Below, in pieces: positions 10,975-22,842 of a stretch of DNA of 64,000 nt. The stretch is from positions 267,443 through 331,442 of the forward strand of contig NIVC01001238.1 of NCBI GenBank assembly GCA_002269645.1, in the 5' to 3' direction. Source of the stretch: Macrostomum lignano (taxonomy: Eukaryota). The notes below the pieces were generated by a model. That model saw nothing but the letters and a program-made list of their open reading frames with translations, did no database searches and was not told the origin of the DNA. The position numbers were made by a program, and so were the translations under genes. Numbering within the stretch: position 1 is the first letter of the stretch; each line of letters begins with the position of its first letter.

Positions 10975-11469
10975 TTAAACGTCATCCCAATAAAAGTTCT
11001 CGCCAACCATTCGATAGAATTGTTGGTTGTACGGCTTAAAGTAGGTTCGAATATCGCGCAGACGCTCAGGAGACACAGGGGGATGCCTCCGACCTTTGTT
11101 CCTGGCTAGGCAACGCTGTCTTCTTCTTTTTCGTCTACCACGACGTGGCAACCTTCGCAAGCAGTGGAAGCCCTTTCTCTTGTCCCAGTAGAAATGATGC
11201 TCGGTCACCAGCTGAGGCAGCCCGAGGAATTTTTGCAACTGAGTCATCACGGCGCCGGGATCTCAGACCAGGCGCTCGGCTGACAGCACGAGAATTTGAT
11301 TGCGCGGAAACTGGTCCAGCCACCGGGACAGGTGCTCTGCATACCGGCCAATGCGCACCGGTGACCAGGCTGTGTTCACCGTCAGGTTGCCGTCTGGACG
11401 TCGGACAAAGGCGAGTTGCTCGAACGGCGGCGGTGGTGGTCGACCACGCCGGGCGGCGTTGTCAACTGC
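10975..11469 (-). CDS. HS3ST: Heparan sulfate glucosamine 3-O-sulfotransferase, exon 3 (in-frame TGA at 11263-11265)
   Basis: Acceptor TTCGCAG|. Translates to ...WSPVRIGRYAEHLSRWLDQFPRNQILVLSAERLV*DPGAVMTQLQKFLGL...FYWDKRKGFHC...CLARNKGRRHP...FKPYNQQFYRMVGENFYW, then TAA. Confidence 0.85.
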
Positions 11470-11633
11470 CTGCGAAAGTTGAATGTGACAATGGGAACTT
11501 TTTTGTGAATCCAGAGTGCCTGAGTCAGTGCTGAGTTAGGAAGATCGTTCAGGACAGGTGAGTCATAATGATGAGTCAGGACAGGTGAGTCATTAATGAT
11601 GAGTCAGACGAGGTGAGTCATAATGATGGGTCA

Positions 11634-11855
<222 letters not shown>

Positions 11856-11859
11856 TTAC

Positions 11860-12201
<342 letters not shown>

Positions 12202-12802
12202 GCAGAGGTGGGCCAGGTTGTCCATTTCGACCACGAGCCCGCAAAGCCCCGTGAGCAGGCAGTGAGTCAGCCCGCAGAGGATTAACTCAGACAATCTGAT
12301 CAGCTGGTCAGAAGACTGCAGGCCCCTAACGAGTCGGGATGGGAAGCTGTGTTTGACCGAATCCGAATTCGAAGCCACCGAGTCCCCATGGAGAAGCTGC
12401 GTTCGAGGGGGTGGGGCAGTAATCTCCTTCCGAATCCGCTCTCAGCTCGCTAATCTCTCCTCCCCTCACATCCTGGAGGCAGCCGAGAAATCTTGCCACT
12501 TTCCACCTTGCCCAGTCGAGCGAGAATCAGTTTGTAGGGCTTGACTGCCCTCCCCTCCCTTCAGTCTTCCCAATTCGCCCTAATAAAATGCGTGAGTCAC
12601 GGCCTGGGGGACGCTGCACGGCTGCATTGGCTTCATCGTTTTAATCCTCGGCCCGATGACAGCTCTAAGCTCTTCTTCCTCTCTCGTCCGTTCATTTGGG
12701 GAAATCTAGCATCGAGTCTATTGGACTGGGGAGAAGACGTGGCTGGCCCTGTAATTGCAAATTTTATTATCATGCTCTGTGAATGATGCGACACGACTCA
12801 CG

Positions 12803-12872
<70 letters not shown>

Positions 12873-12984
12873 GGTCATTTGTGAGTCACGGAGCGAGAAG
12901 GGGAGAAGATTGGATTGCAATGCTGGTAGTAATTAAAGGACACTCAGAGATACAGCAGAATCAGATGTGAGCACAGCCCTCTGA

Positions 12985-13277
12985 GGCCTCACCTGTACCA
13001 CGACATTCTCCCTGAGGCCTCACCTATACCAGCGCCATTCCTCCTGAAGTCTAACCTGTACCAGCGACATTCAACCCGAGGCCTCACCTGTACCAACGCC
13101 ATTCCCCCTGAAGCCCCACCTGTACCAGCGCCATTCCCCCTGAAGCCTCTCCTGTACCAACGCCATTCCCCCTGAAGCCCCACCTGTACCAACGCCATCC
13201 CCCTGAAGCCTCTCCTGTACCAACGCCATTCCCCCTGAAGCCCCACCTGTACCAACGCCATCCCCCTGAAGCCTCAC
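12985..13277. repeat. 32 bp minisatellite built from the HS3ST exon 1/intron 1 junction
   Basis: Minus-strand unit GTGAGGCTTCAGGGGGAATGGCGTTGGTACAG, about 9 copies. The period was measured from cacctg at 13085 and 13117. Confidence 0.9.
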
Positions 13278-13501
13278 CTGTACCAGCGCAGCCCGCGGCG
13301 GAAGTGCCTATCAAAGAAGTGCGCCTCGGGCCCGGCAGCTCTCACTGCCGGATGCAGGGCGCTGAAGGCCAGCAGGGCTCTTGTGCCCGACTTCTTGGCG
13401 CCGATGATCAGAGCCTGCGGAAGTCGTCGCCTCAAGCCGCCGGAAGCAGCAATTCCGGTAGCGGAAGTGACGATCAGTAGGATAGTTAATAAGTGCTTCA
13501 T
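13278..13501 (-). CDS. HS3ST: HS3ST exon 1 (hydrophobic leader and 5'-PSB loop)
   Basis: Translates to [16 protein letters not shown]...[20 protein letters not shown]...[17 protein letters not shown]. Donor AG|GTGAGG, phase 2, matching exon 2. Confidence 0.92.
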
Positions 13502-13959
13502 ATTAAAATGAATTCGATTCTTGGCCCATCTGCAGTCCCTTTGCGTGTCTATAAAATATGATCCCCCGAAACTGGAATGGACAGCGACGCTTTCTCATTG
13601 GCTGCAAGTTGATTTGCTGAGGACCAATCAGATTCAATGACATTCGATAAAAATTCATCTATAGGAATAACAGGCCTTTTGTTGCGCGCGCGCGCTAGCA
13701 AATTGGGAAGAATGGCTGATAGACATAATTGGCAGTCTTTATCCAATGTTTTCATCTCTAGCAGTGGGGCTCGGGCTGTACGGGCTGACAGGCAGTTCAA
13801 GATTTTGCCTTTGGGTGGTCTTTGTTTCTATGCGTGCCCAGCGCGGCTGAGAGATCCTTATCGAGTATGCAGAGCCGCTGAATTCATCCAGTACTCTGGG
13901 ATGATGAAGCGCTGGTCCAGTAAGCTCGATGTCAATAGTGGATGAGAGAGCAGAAATCG

Positions 13960-13996
13960 GAGAGAGCGGAGAGAGAGAGGGAGAGAAAGATAGAGA

Positions 13997-14028
<32 letters not shown>

Positions 14029-14400
14029 AGATCAGGTAGAGAGCGGAGATCAGGGAGAGAGCAGAGATCGGGGAGAGAGCGGAGATCGGGGAGAGAGCGG
14101 AGATCGGGGAGAGAGCGGAGATCGGGGAGAGAGCGGAGATCGGGGAGAGAGCGGAGATCGGGGAGAGAGCGGAGATCGGGGAGAGAGCGGAGATCGGGGA
14201 GAGAGCGGAGATCGGGGAGAGAGCGGAGATCGGGGAGAGAGTGGAGATCGGGGAGAGAGCGGAGATCGGGGAGAGAGCGGAGATCGGGGAGAGAGCGGAG
14301 ATCGGGGAGAGAGCGGAGATAGGGGAGAGAGCGGAGATCGGGGAGAGAGTGGAGATCGGGGAGAGAGCGGAGATCGGGGAGAGAGCGGAGATCGGGGGGC
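13960..14400. repeat. GA-rich tract followed by an 18 bp minisatellite GAGAGAGCGGAGATCGGG
   Basis: About 20 tandem copies. Confidence 0.9.
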
Positions 14401-15109
14401 GGAGGGGGAATTTCAATCAGAAGCAGATTTATCAGCTTAAAAAAAGAGAAAATATTTGAAGCCGGTTGCAAACAGCTGACTCGGCAGCAGTCACCGCAGC
14501 CAGTAGCAAAGTTCCCCCAGATTTAATAATAAACCCCCCCCCCCTAGCAACAGCTGTTGCCGGTCTTGAAGTTGGCGATAATTTCGGTTTGTAAATTTGC
14601 CCGGTGATTCACCACGGCGCACAATTCCTCAGCTACAAAAAAATTCCGCAATCCTGCTTGCATTTCTTCTTTAACAACGCCGCTCTGAACTTTTGAAATT
14701 TGGTGTGTCTTTATGCTTTATATTTGGGTATTATTGCCCCAGCCCCCCAGCTAAGCCTGTCAACACTGTCACCAATTTTGTAATTTACATTTACAAGCGT
14801 GATCCTTCAGCTCTCCTAGCAGAGGCTCGAATTTCCTTTTAAAGAAATCTCAAAGCCGAGCGGGTTGGAGTTGACAAGCAGCTACGAGTTTGCATTGCAA
14901 ATTTGGTGTTGAATTCGGCCACCGGACTGCTTTAGACAGGTGCCAGTGGGGCCTGAGCTCATTTTGCAGTGTGATTCGATTCGCAAAAACAGCCTGTGTG
15001 TGACAGTCTTCAGACTTTATTGGAAAACTTCCTTTCAGACTATTCCAATCCTTCACTACTTAGCATTCTCAAAACCTCTCAAACTTCAGTTCACACCCTG
15101 GAAACACAT

Positions 15110-15460
15110 TAAAGCTCCGTTCACATCCTCCCAATATCCATCAAACCTCCGTTCACATCCTCACGACCCACCAAACCTCTATTCACACCCTAAAAACCTA
15201 TCAAACCTGCGTTCACATCCTCACGACCCATTAAACCTCCCGTTCACACCCTCACGACCCATTAAACCTCCCGTTCACACCCTTAAAACCCATTAAACCT
15301 CCCGTTCACATCCTCACAACCCATCAAACCCCCCGTTCACACCCTCGAAACCCATCAAACCTGTGACACCCTAAAAACGCAGCAAACCTCCGTTCACACC
15401 CTCACGACCCACCAAACCTCCGTTCACACCCTCACAACCCACCAAACCTCCGTTCACACT
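15110..15460. repeat. Degenerate minisatellite with core AAACCTCC(C)GTTCACACCCTC
   Basis: Repeated gttcacac/gttcacat cores. Confidence 0.8.
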
Positions 15461-16079
15461 CCCAACTGACTCTCAGAAATCCGGACTGCCAAGAGGATGC
15501 AGTTCGTCCCACCGCACCGAGCAGTATATATTGAATTCCCTTTGAAACTCTCGATCCGGAAGCAGACCTCGTCTCCATAGCAACCACTAGAAGAATTCTG
15601 TTCTGTTTTACACCACAGCAGCGGCTCCATGTTGGGATAAAAGTTACCAACCCCCCCACCCTCCCCCCTCGCGCAGACCAACCGGACACAGAGACTGCTT
15701 TGGGAAACATTTCCCGCTGTTTTTGTCGCCGGAACCGCAAGGGGGTATCCGCCATGCAGATAAGGGAAGAGGGGGATTTTGCAAGACAAATTCGGCTGTC
15801 TAAGAGAGGCCGACAGGGAAGGGGCCGCCATTGCGTAACAGGCAGGTATCGAACTTGGCTGAAACAACAGCGCTATCGGCTTTCAGCAAACAGAGTCCGA
15901 CAGTTTTGGTAGGGGGGGGGGGCTTCCCGGGCGCACTCGCTTCTCTTGGCACGCGAGCATGGACTGCCGACTGAGAATGTAAACACCAGGTGTCGATGGT
16001 TTTCGTGCAAAGAAGAAATTGTAAAATTCTCGACGGAAAAATTAAAGTAAAAGTGGGAATGGAAGGAGACAGTTCAGGA

Positions 16080-16670
16080 TGAGAGTGACACAATGAGAGT
16101 GACCAAAAAGAGTGACAATAAGAGTGACTAAAAAGAGGGACAATGAGAATAGCAAAAAGAGTGACACAGTAAGAGTGACACGATAAGAGTGACACAATGA
16201 GAGTGACCAAAAAGAGTGACACAATGAGAGTGACACAATGAGAGTGACACAATGAGAGTGACACAATGAGGGTGACACAATGAGGGTGACACAATGAGAG
16301 TGATACAATGAGAGTGACACAATGAGAGTGACACAATGAGAGTGACACAATGAGAGTGGCACAATGAGAGTGACACAATGAAAGTGACACAAACAGAGTG
16401 ACACAATGAGAGTGACACAATGAGAGCGACACAATGAGAGTGACACAATGAGAGTGACACAATGAGATGATACGATGAGTGACACAAACAGAGTGACACA
16501 ATGAGAGTGACAGAATGAGAGTGGCACAATGAGAGTGACACAATGAGAGTGACACAATGAGAGTGACACAAACAGAGTGACACAATGAGAGTGACACAAT
16601 GAGAGTGACACAAACAGAGTGACACAATAAGAGTGACACAATGAGAGTGATACGATGAGTGACACAACTA
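16080..16670. repeat. 14 bp minisatellite GAGAGTGACACAAT
   Basis: About 40 tandem copies. Confidence 0.92.
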
Positions 16671-17349
16671 AAGTGTCCGAAAGATGGTAGAAGAATATTA
16701 TAAATGGCAGTCTGGGAACTTTATTTCTAGAGCATGTTCAATTCTATATTCGAACTTCTAAATGAGTCTTAAAACAATTCCTGCAAAAAAGCATATTAGC
16801 AAGCCGATCGCAAATAGCAACAATTGTCGCATATTTTATCGATTTAGCCGAGTTGCGCCAAAAAATCGATACTGACACCCCTAGCGTGGGATTTATAGTG
16901 CATGCCACCCTGCACAGAGAAGTTCGAGTCTGCGCTGGGCTCAGATAAGGACAGCCTCGAGCGCTATTTAGGCCCGAGTTTGGCGCTCGGCAACCGCCCA
17001 CGCACAGTGGGAAGCAAAGTGTAGCAGCGAGTTAGTAAAATAATATTCTGCTCTGCAGCGGCGGTCGGGTGCGGCAACTGAAAGCTACGAAACGATGGAC
17101 TTTTGGACCATAGACTATGGGCCCAGCGCCTCCGCAACTGCGGCATACGAGGGACTCCGTAACAACACTGGTGAGTGCGGGGCAGCACTTCAATGCGGCG
17201 ATGTTGATAGTCAAATAATCCTAAATAGTAATGAAATGTGGGACTGTTTATCCTACTTATAGTATAGCTGGGCGGTGTTAGAGTGACATTCTAGCACGAT
17301 TAAAAAACTAATATAAATAGACTAATTGTGTTTACCTTTAACATACAGT

Positions 17350-17688
17350 TCCCTACCGTTCACACACTACCGTTCACACACTATCGTTCACACACTTATC
17401 GTTTACGCTCTACCGCTTACACAGTATCTTTCACACACTATCGTTTACACACCATCGTTCACACACTATCGTTCACACATTACCGTTCACGCTCTACCAT
17501 TCACGCTCTACCATTCACGCTCTACCATTCACGCTCTACCATTCACGCTCTACCATTCACGCTCTACCATTCACGCTCTACCATTCACGCTCTACCATTC
17601 ACGCTCTACCATTCACGCTCTACCATTCACGCTCTACCATTCACGCTCTACCATTCACGCTCTACCGGTCACACACTACCGTTCACAC
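17350..17688. repeat. 14 bp minisatellite ACCATTCACGCTCT / ACCGTTCACACACT
   Basis: Tandem copies ending immediately before the ATG at 17689. Confidence 0.88.
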
Positions 17689-18169
17689 ATGGCAGCCGAG
17701 GCCGCTCTAATGTCAGCAGCAGCAGACTCCGCCTCATCACCAGGAGCCCATGGCAACAGCGCCCAGCTGCTGGTGCTCACTGGCCTCCTCTGCGTCGCAG
17801 TCCTCATCGCAGTCGTCACTGCGGTGGCCGTCACCTCGTCGGCTTGGGTGAAGAAGGACCATCAGCACATCGGTCAGCCAATCAGCGACGAGCTGGCGCC
17901 GGCATCCGCGCCTGCCACCCGGCGCTGCAGCCTCGACAGAAGCAGCGCCAGGAAGAGCGCCAGCTCGGACCGGCTGGACCGGGTGGATCTCGTCAGCGAC
18001 TGCGTCGACGATGTCCGTCGAGATCAGGTCAAAGGTCAAGGCGAAGACGCGGTCGAGAAGGTTTCGGTTGAAGGTCCGGTGGAGCTGCGGTTTTGTACGA
18101 AACTCGACCTGGCGGAGGGCATCGTGTACTTGCGCGGCTTCCGGCTGGGGTTCGCCACCCTGCCCGGCT
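17689..18169 (+). CDS. Synaptotagmin-like protein (TM, C2A, C2B), exon 1 (model 17689-18169, 19024-19397, 19831-20310; about 444 aa)
   Basis: N-terminal TM LLVLTGLLCVAVLIAVVTAVAV, a linker, then the start of C2 (PVELRFCTKLDLAEGIVYL). Donor T|GTGAGT, phase 1. The start could be the ATG at 17710 instead. Confidence 0.7.
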
Positions 18170-18174
18170 GTGAG

Positions 18175-18930
18175 TGCGGACTGGGGATTGTGATGGCGTG
18201 AATGGAGAATTGGGAGGGCGTGAACTGAGGATTGGGAGGGTGTGAACTGAGGATTGGGAGGGTGTGAACTAAGGATTGGGAGGGTGTGAACTGAGGATTA
18301 GGAGGGTGTGAATGGAGGATTGGGAGGGTGTGAACTGAGGATTGGGAGGGTGTGAACTAAGGATTGGGAGGGTGTGAACTGAGGATTGGGAGGGTGTGAA
18401 CTAAGGATTGGGAGGGTGTGAACTGAGGATTGGGAGGGTGTGAACTGAGGATTGGGAGGGTGTGAATGGAGGATTGGGAGGGTGTGAATGGAGGATTGGG
18501 AGGGTGTGAATGGAGGATTGGGAGGGTGTGAATGGAGGATTGGGAGGGTGTGAACTGAGGATTGGGAGGGCGTGAACTGAGGATTGGGATGGCGTTAACA
18601 GAGGATTGGGAGGGCGTGAACAGAGGATTGGGATGGCGTGAACAGAGGATTGGGATGGTGTGAACTGATCTTTGGAAAAGTGTGAACTGAAAAGACTTGA
18701 GGGTGTGAACTGATCTTTGGAAAAGTGTGAACTGAAAAGACTTGAGGGTGTGAACTGATCTTTGGAAAAGTGTGAACTGAAAAGACTTGAGGGTGTGAAC
18801 TGATCTTTGGAAAAGTGTGAACTGAAAAGACTTGAGGGTGTGAACTGATCTTTGGAAAAGTGTGAACTGAAAAGACTTGAGGGTGTGAACTGATCTTTGG
18901 AAAAGTGTGAACTGAAAAGACCTGAACTGA
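18175..18930. repeat. Two intronic minisatellites: a 22 bp GGGAGGGTGTGAACTGAGGATT array, then a longer GTGTGAACTGATCTTTGGAAAA...GACTTGAGG array
   Basis: Tandem arrays filling intron 1 of the synaptotagmin-like gene. Confidence 0.9.
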
Positions 18931-19023
18931 AAAGAAAGTTCTGTTAGCATTGCAGAGGAATTTTATTCTACTCTCTACTACAAGTAGTCTATAAAATGCG
19001 CACCGCTCTCAATATCATTGCAG

Positions 19024-19397
19024 CAAGCCGTTTGGACTCCGGCCGCTGGCGGGCGAACATCGACATTGACGACAGCTGCTCCGGCGGCTGCCACCGATGG
19101 AGCATAGAGGCTGGCCTGAGGAGTCGGCGGCGCGGCCGCAGGGAGGCAGCGGCTGTGGCGGGGGCGGCCTGGCAGACGGAGGCCATCGACTACGTGGTCA
19201 GCCTGCGGCTGGGTGGCGGCCGCCTCTCGGCCGAGCTGCCGCACAAGCGGCGCCTGCGGCTGTCGGCCTGGGCCGCCGAGCTCAGCGGGGGAAGTCGCCT
19301 GCGTCTGGGGGAGTTCCAGCTGCCGCTGCATCTGGTCAACGAGCCGGGGATGGAGTTCGGCGCCGAGTTCACGCCGACGACGGGCGATGTTAGACAG
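19024..19397 (+). CDS. Synaptotagmin-like protein, exon 2 (C2A)
   Basis: Acceptor ATTGCAG| (phase 1) and donor CAG|GTGAGA (phase 0). ...LRLSAWAAELSGGSRLRLGEFQLPL resembles the final strands of a C2 domain. Confidence 0.72.
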
Positions 19398-19740
19398 GTG
19401 AGATTTCAGGTGAGATGAATGAGGATTCAGGTGAGATGAATGAGGATTCAGGTGAGATGAATGAGGATTCAGGTGAGATGAATGAGGATTCAGGTGAGAT
19501 GAATGAGGATTCGGGTGAGATGAATGAGGATTCAGGTGAGATGAATGAGGATTCGGGTGAGATGAATGAGGATTCAGGTGAGATGAATGAGGATTCAGGT
19601 GAGATGAATGGAGATTCAGGTGAGATGAATGAGGATTCAGGTGAGATGAATGAGGATTCAGGTGAGATGAGTGGGGATTCAGGTGAGATGAATGAGGATT
19701 CAGGTGAGATGAATGGGGATTTAGGTGAGCTGAATGGGGA
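19395..19740. repeat. 21 bp minisatellite CAGGTGAGATGAATGAGGATT starting at the splice donor
   Basis: About 16 copies, each containing TTCAG|GTGAGA. Confidence 0.92.
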
Positions 19741-19830
19741 ATGAGGATCGAAGGCAGCTGAGGCAAGCCCACTCCATATCTTTACTTTTCCACCCGCCCT
19801 CCCCAGTGCCAGCAGCTCCGCCCGCCGCAG

Positions 19831-20310
19831 TTCCCGTCGTCCCAGTCGACTTCCCTCCCGTCGCGGACTCCCCGGCTGCACCTGGGCTTGCTGTACAGCC
19901 CCGGCGCCCACATGTCCAGCATCAGCGTCCGCCTGGTTGAGGTATTCGACCTGGACCACTCCGGCCCATCGCCTGGTCACGTGACCGCATCGGTGGCCCT
20001 CAGTCCGGGCGACCAATCGCAATCGCCCGGCGCCTGTCTGACCGCCTGCCCGACTGGCAGCCAATCAGCTTTCATCTTCGACTGGTCGCAGCCGGCCACG
20101 GTTCTGGCCATAGACAATGTCCGGATGCAGGCCGCGTCGGTTGGTGTAGCTATCTGTGTTGCCATTGGCAACGGATATTGCCTGCGGCCGGCCGGCCGGA
20201 TTCTGCTCAGTGACTTTGCCTTGGCCAGCAGCAGCTCCGCGATGCGCCATTGGACAGCGGCGGTGGCGCGGCCGAACTCCTGGGTCTGGCTCGCCCACGC
20301 CTGCCGATGA
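19831..20310 (+). CDS. Synaptotagmin-like protein, exon 3 (C2B)
   Basis: LHLGLLYSPGA..ISVRLVEVFDLD and the C-terminal GRILL...AMRHWTAAVARPNSWVWLAH match the synaptotagmin C2B end (GxxxxG...HWxxxxxxP...WH). TGA at 20308-20310. Confidence 0.75.
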   Translation, partial: FPSSQSTSLPSRTPRLHLGLLYSPGAHMSSISVRLVEVFDLDHSGPSPGHVTASVALSPGDQSQSPGACLTACPTGSQSAFIFDWSQPATVLAIDNVRMQAASVGVAICVAIGNGYCLRPAGRILLSDFALASSSSAMRHWTAAVARPNSWVWLAHACR

Positions 20311-20429
20311 GACCTGGGCTGGGGTTGAGTTTGTTGGAGTACGCGCCGATTCAGACTTAGCTGCAGCTTCTCTGTCCCTTTCTTAGCCAATCAGAGGCAA
20401 GCTTTGCCTACCTGTCCATCTTGCGCCCC

Positions 20430-20720
20430 CTCACTCCTGCGCCCACCTCACTTCCTCATCCACCTCACTTCCTCACCCACCTCACTTCCTCACCCACCTC
20501 ACTTCCTCACCCACCTCACTTCCTCACCCACCTCACTTCCTCACCCACCTCACTTCCTCACCCACCTCACTTCCTCACCCACCTCACTTCCTCACCCACC
20601 TCACTTCCTCACCCACCTCACTTCCTCACCCACCTCACTCTCCCACCCACCTTACTTCCTCACCCACCTCACTCTCCCACCCACCTCACTTCCTCACCCA
20701 CCTCACTCCCTCCTCCCTAT
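20430..20720. repeat. 17 bp minisatellite CACCTCACTTCCTCACC
   Basis: About 16 tandem copies. Confidence 0.9.
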
Positions 20721-21779
20721 TCAGCTTCAGCTGCTGAAGTACTAAGCGAGTTGCCCGCGTCAGGTTCTGAGTTCAACCGAGCGATCTTCTGACCGTAATA
20801 ATAAATATACTTCGAACTTTCGGATGCAGTCATTCTACTAATAAGTAGCATCGATAGTTATTTTAGTAGTTTAGTTTTCTCATGTGGGCCTCTATATCAA
20901 TGCATTCTGCACAGTCTGTAGAGCAAGTTTATCCGAATGTCGAATCCAGCCCGTGACAGCTGAGCACGGTTTGAGCATTCCAGGCCTGAGCAATACTAGA
21001 AAGCAAGGTAATCATTTTCCAATTTGAAGCCGGGGGCAAAAGCAGTCAGTCACAGGTGGCCCAGGTCGGATGTCACGGCTCGGGCCCCGCCTATAGTTGG
21101 CCCCGGCCGCCCCACCCCCTGCCATTTCAAATGGCAACACAAAATAATTGCTGCTTTCGCCAGCCCTCCGTTGCTGGCCAAAGCAAAAAAAGGGAGCACA
21201 GGGGGTCCCCGTCGATCTCAGCGCCACACCCAGAGCCCCCCTCGATTCTTCTGTCATCTCCGCGGCCTGCCAGCCCCCGTGTCCTCAAAAAGCACTTTGC
21301 TTTCAGTGAAGGATTTTCCCCGCTTTTCCTTCTGTTTTTGCTTTTTGCCGCGATTTCCGCTATTTGCTTCTCTGTCTTCTTTATTTGAGTGAAAACGAAT
21401 TATTTCCTACCTTAATCATCTTACTGGGGATTGGGGCGGCCTTGAACACCTGTTGTCGATTTGCTGTAAATATTCGCTTTGAACCGGGTGGGCTTGGGAA
21501 ACGAATAGGAAGGAAGGAGCCGCAGCTGGGGATTAAACTTCAAAGACTTTTGGGACAGGATGGAGAATTGCAGGTTGCAGCTTGGCAATGGTTTGAAATT
21601 TGAAAATTAATTGGAGACTCAGTGGAGGGCTGATCTGCTGTTCTGCTGAGATGCAAGGAAGTCAGTTGATTTTGAAGGGAAGAGGCAGGGGCGTGCAGAT
21701 GAGGCGGCTAAGAGATTCAACAAGGCATTAGAGATTGCAGGTGGAGATTAGAAACCGCAGGTGAGATTTGTGACTTTAG

Positions 21780-22170
21780 ATAGAGATTAGAGATTTTAGG
21801 TATTGAAATCAGATCACAAGTAGAAATTAGAGATCACAAGTAGAAATTAGAGATCACAAGTAGAGATTAGAGATCACAAGTAGAGATTAGAGGTTACAAG
21901 TGCAGATTAGAGATCACACGTAGAGATTAGAGATCCCAAGTTGAGATTAGGGACTACAGGTAGATATTAGATATTACAAGTAGGGATTAGAGATAAAAAA
22001 ATCGAGAGATCTGGGATCACAAGTAGAGATTAGAGATCACAAGTAGAGATTAGAGATTACAAGTAGAGATTAGAGATTACAATTAGAGATTAGAGATCAC
22101 AAGTAGAGCTTAGAGACTACAGGTAGAGATTAGATATCACAAGTAGAGATGAGAGACTTCAACTAGAGAT
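21780..22170. repeat. 20 bp minisatellite AGATTAGAGATCACAAGTAG
   Basis: Degenerate tandem copies. Confidence 0.85.
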
Positions 22171-22842
22171 TTTGTGGTGGAGAGTAAAGATTAACGTTGG
22201 CAGGTGAGATTAGAAGTCATACATAGTGGTGGATCAGATCAAATCAATCAATGGAACCTGCAGGATGAGATAAAAGAGATAAGCAAGAGAATGAGTAGAG
22301 AGAGCTAATCGAAGATTGCTGAGACCAGCTCAGTGACTCAGCCGCAGACTGCAAGGCAGACTCGGACACGTTGCTATTCGGGAATCTGGGAGGGAGGCGG
22401 GGGATTGAGTCCTGGCTGGCAGATGTTGGCTCTCATCGTGATGGGATAAAAGAGGAGCAAAAGACGCCGGGGATCGTGAGTGACATCAAAGACTCGAAAA
22501 ATCTTTTGTTGAATTTTCAATTCTGCACTCGAATTGGCCTGCCGCCCCCCCCCCCCCTGCAGAAAAACATCTGCAGACATCTTTGTCTACTAGAGAGTTT
22601 CGCTCAGTTGCTTGTCGGCTCGGAACTGCGTCGTGCCTCTCGATTTCATGGATTCTGGGCACGACGGAGCTCCAGTCTTTTTCTAAGAAAAACTATTTTA
22701 TTTTCGTTCCAGAGGCTTAAAAATTGCTGTCTCGGTACGCAGACACTCTTTATAAACTGGTAATTCGCATCGATTCTTAGAAATTCTGTTTACTTAGAAG
22801 TTTTTTGTGATTTTTTAAACAAAATTTTCTTATAAATCAGAC

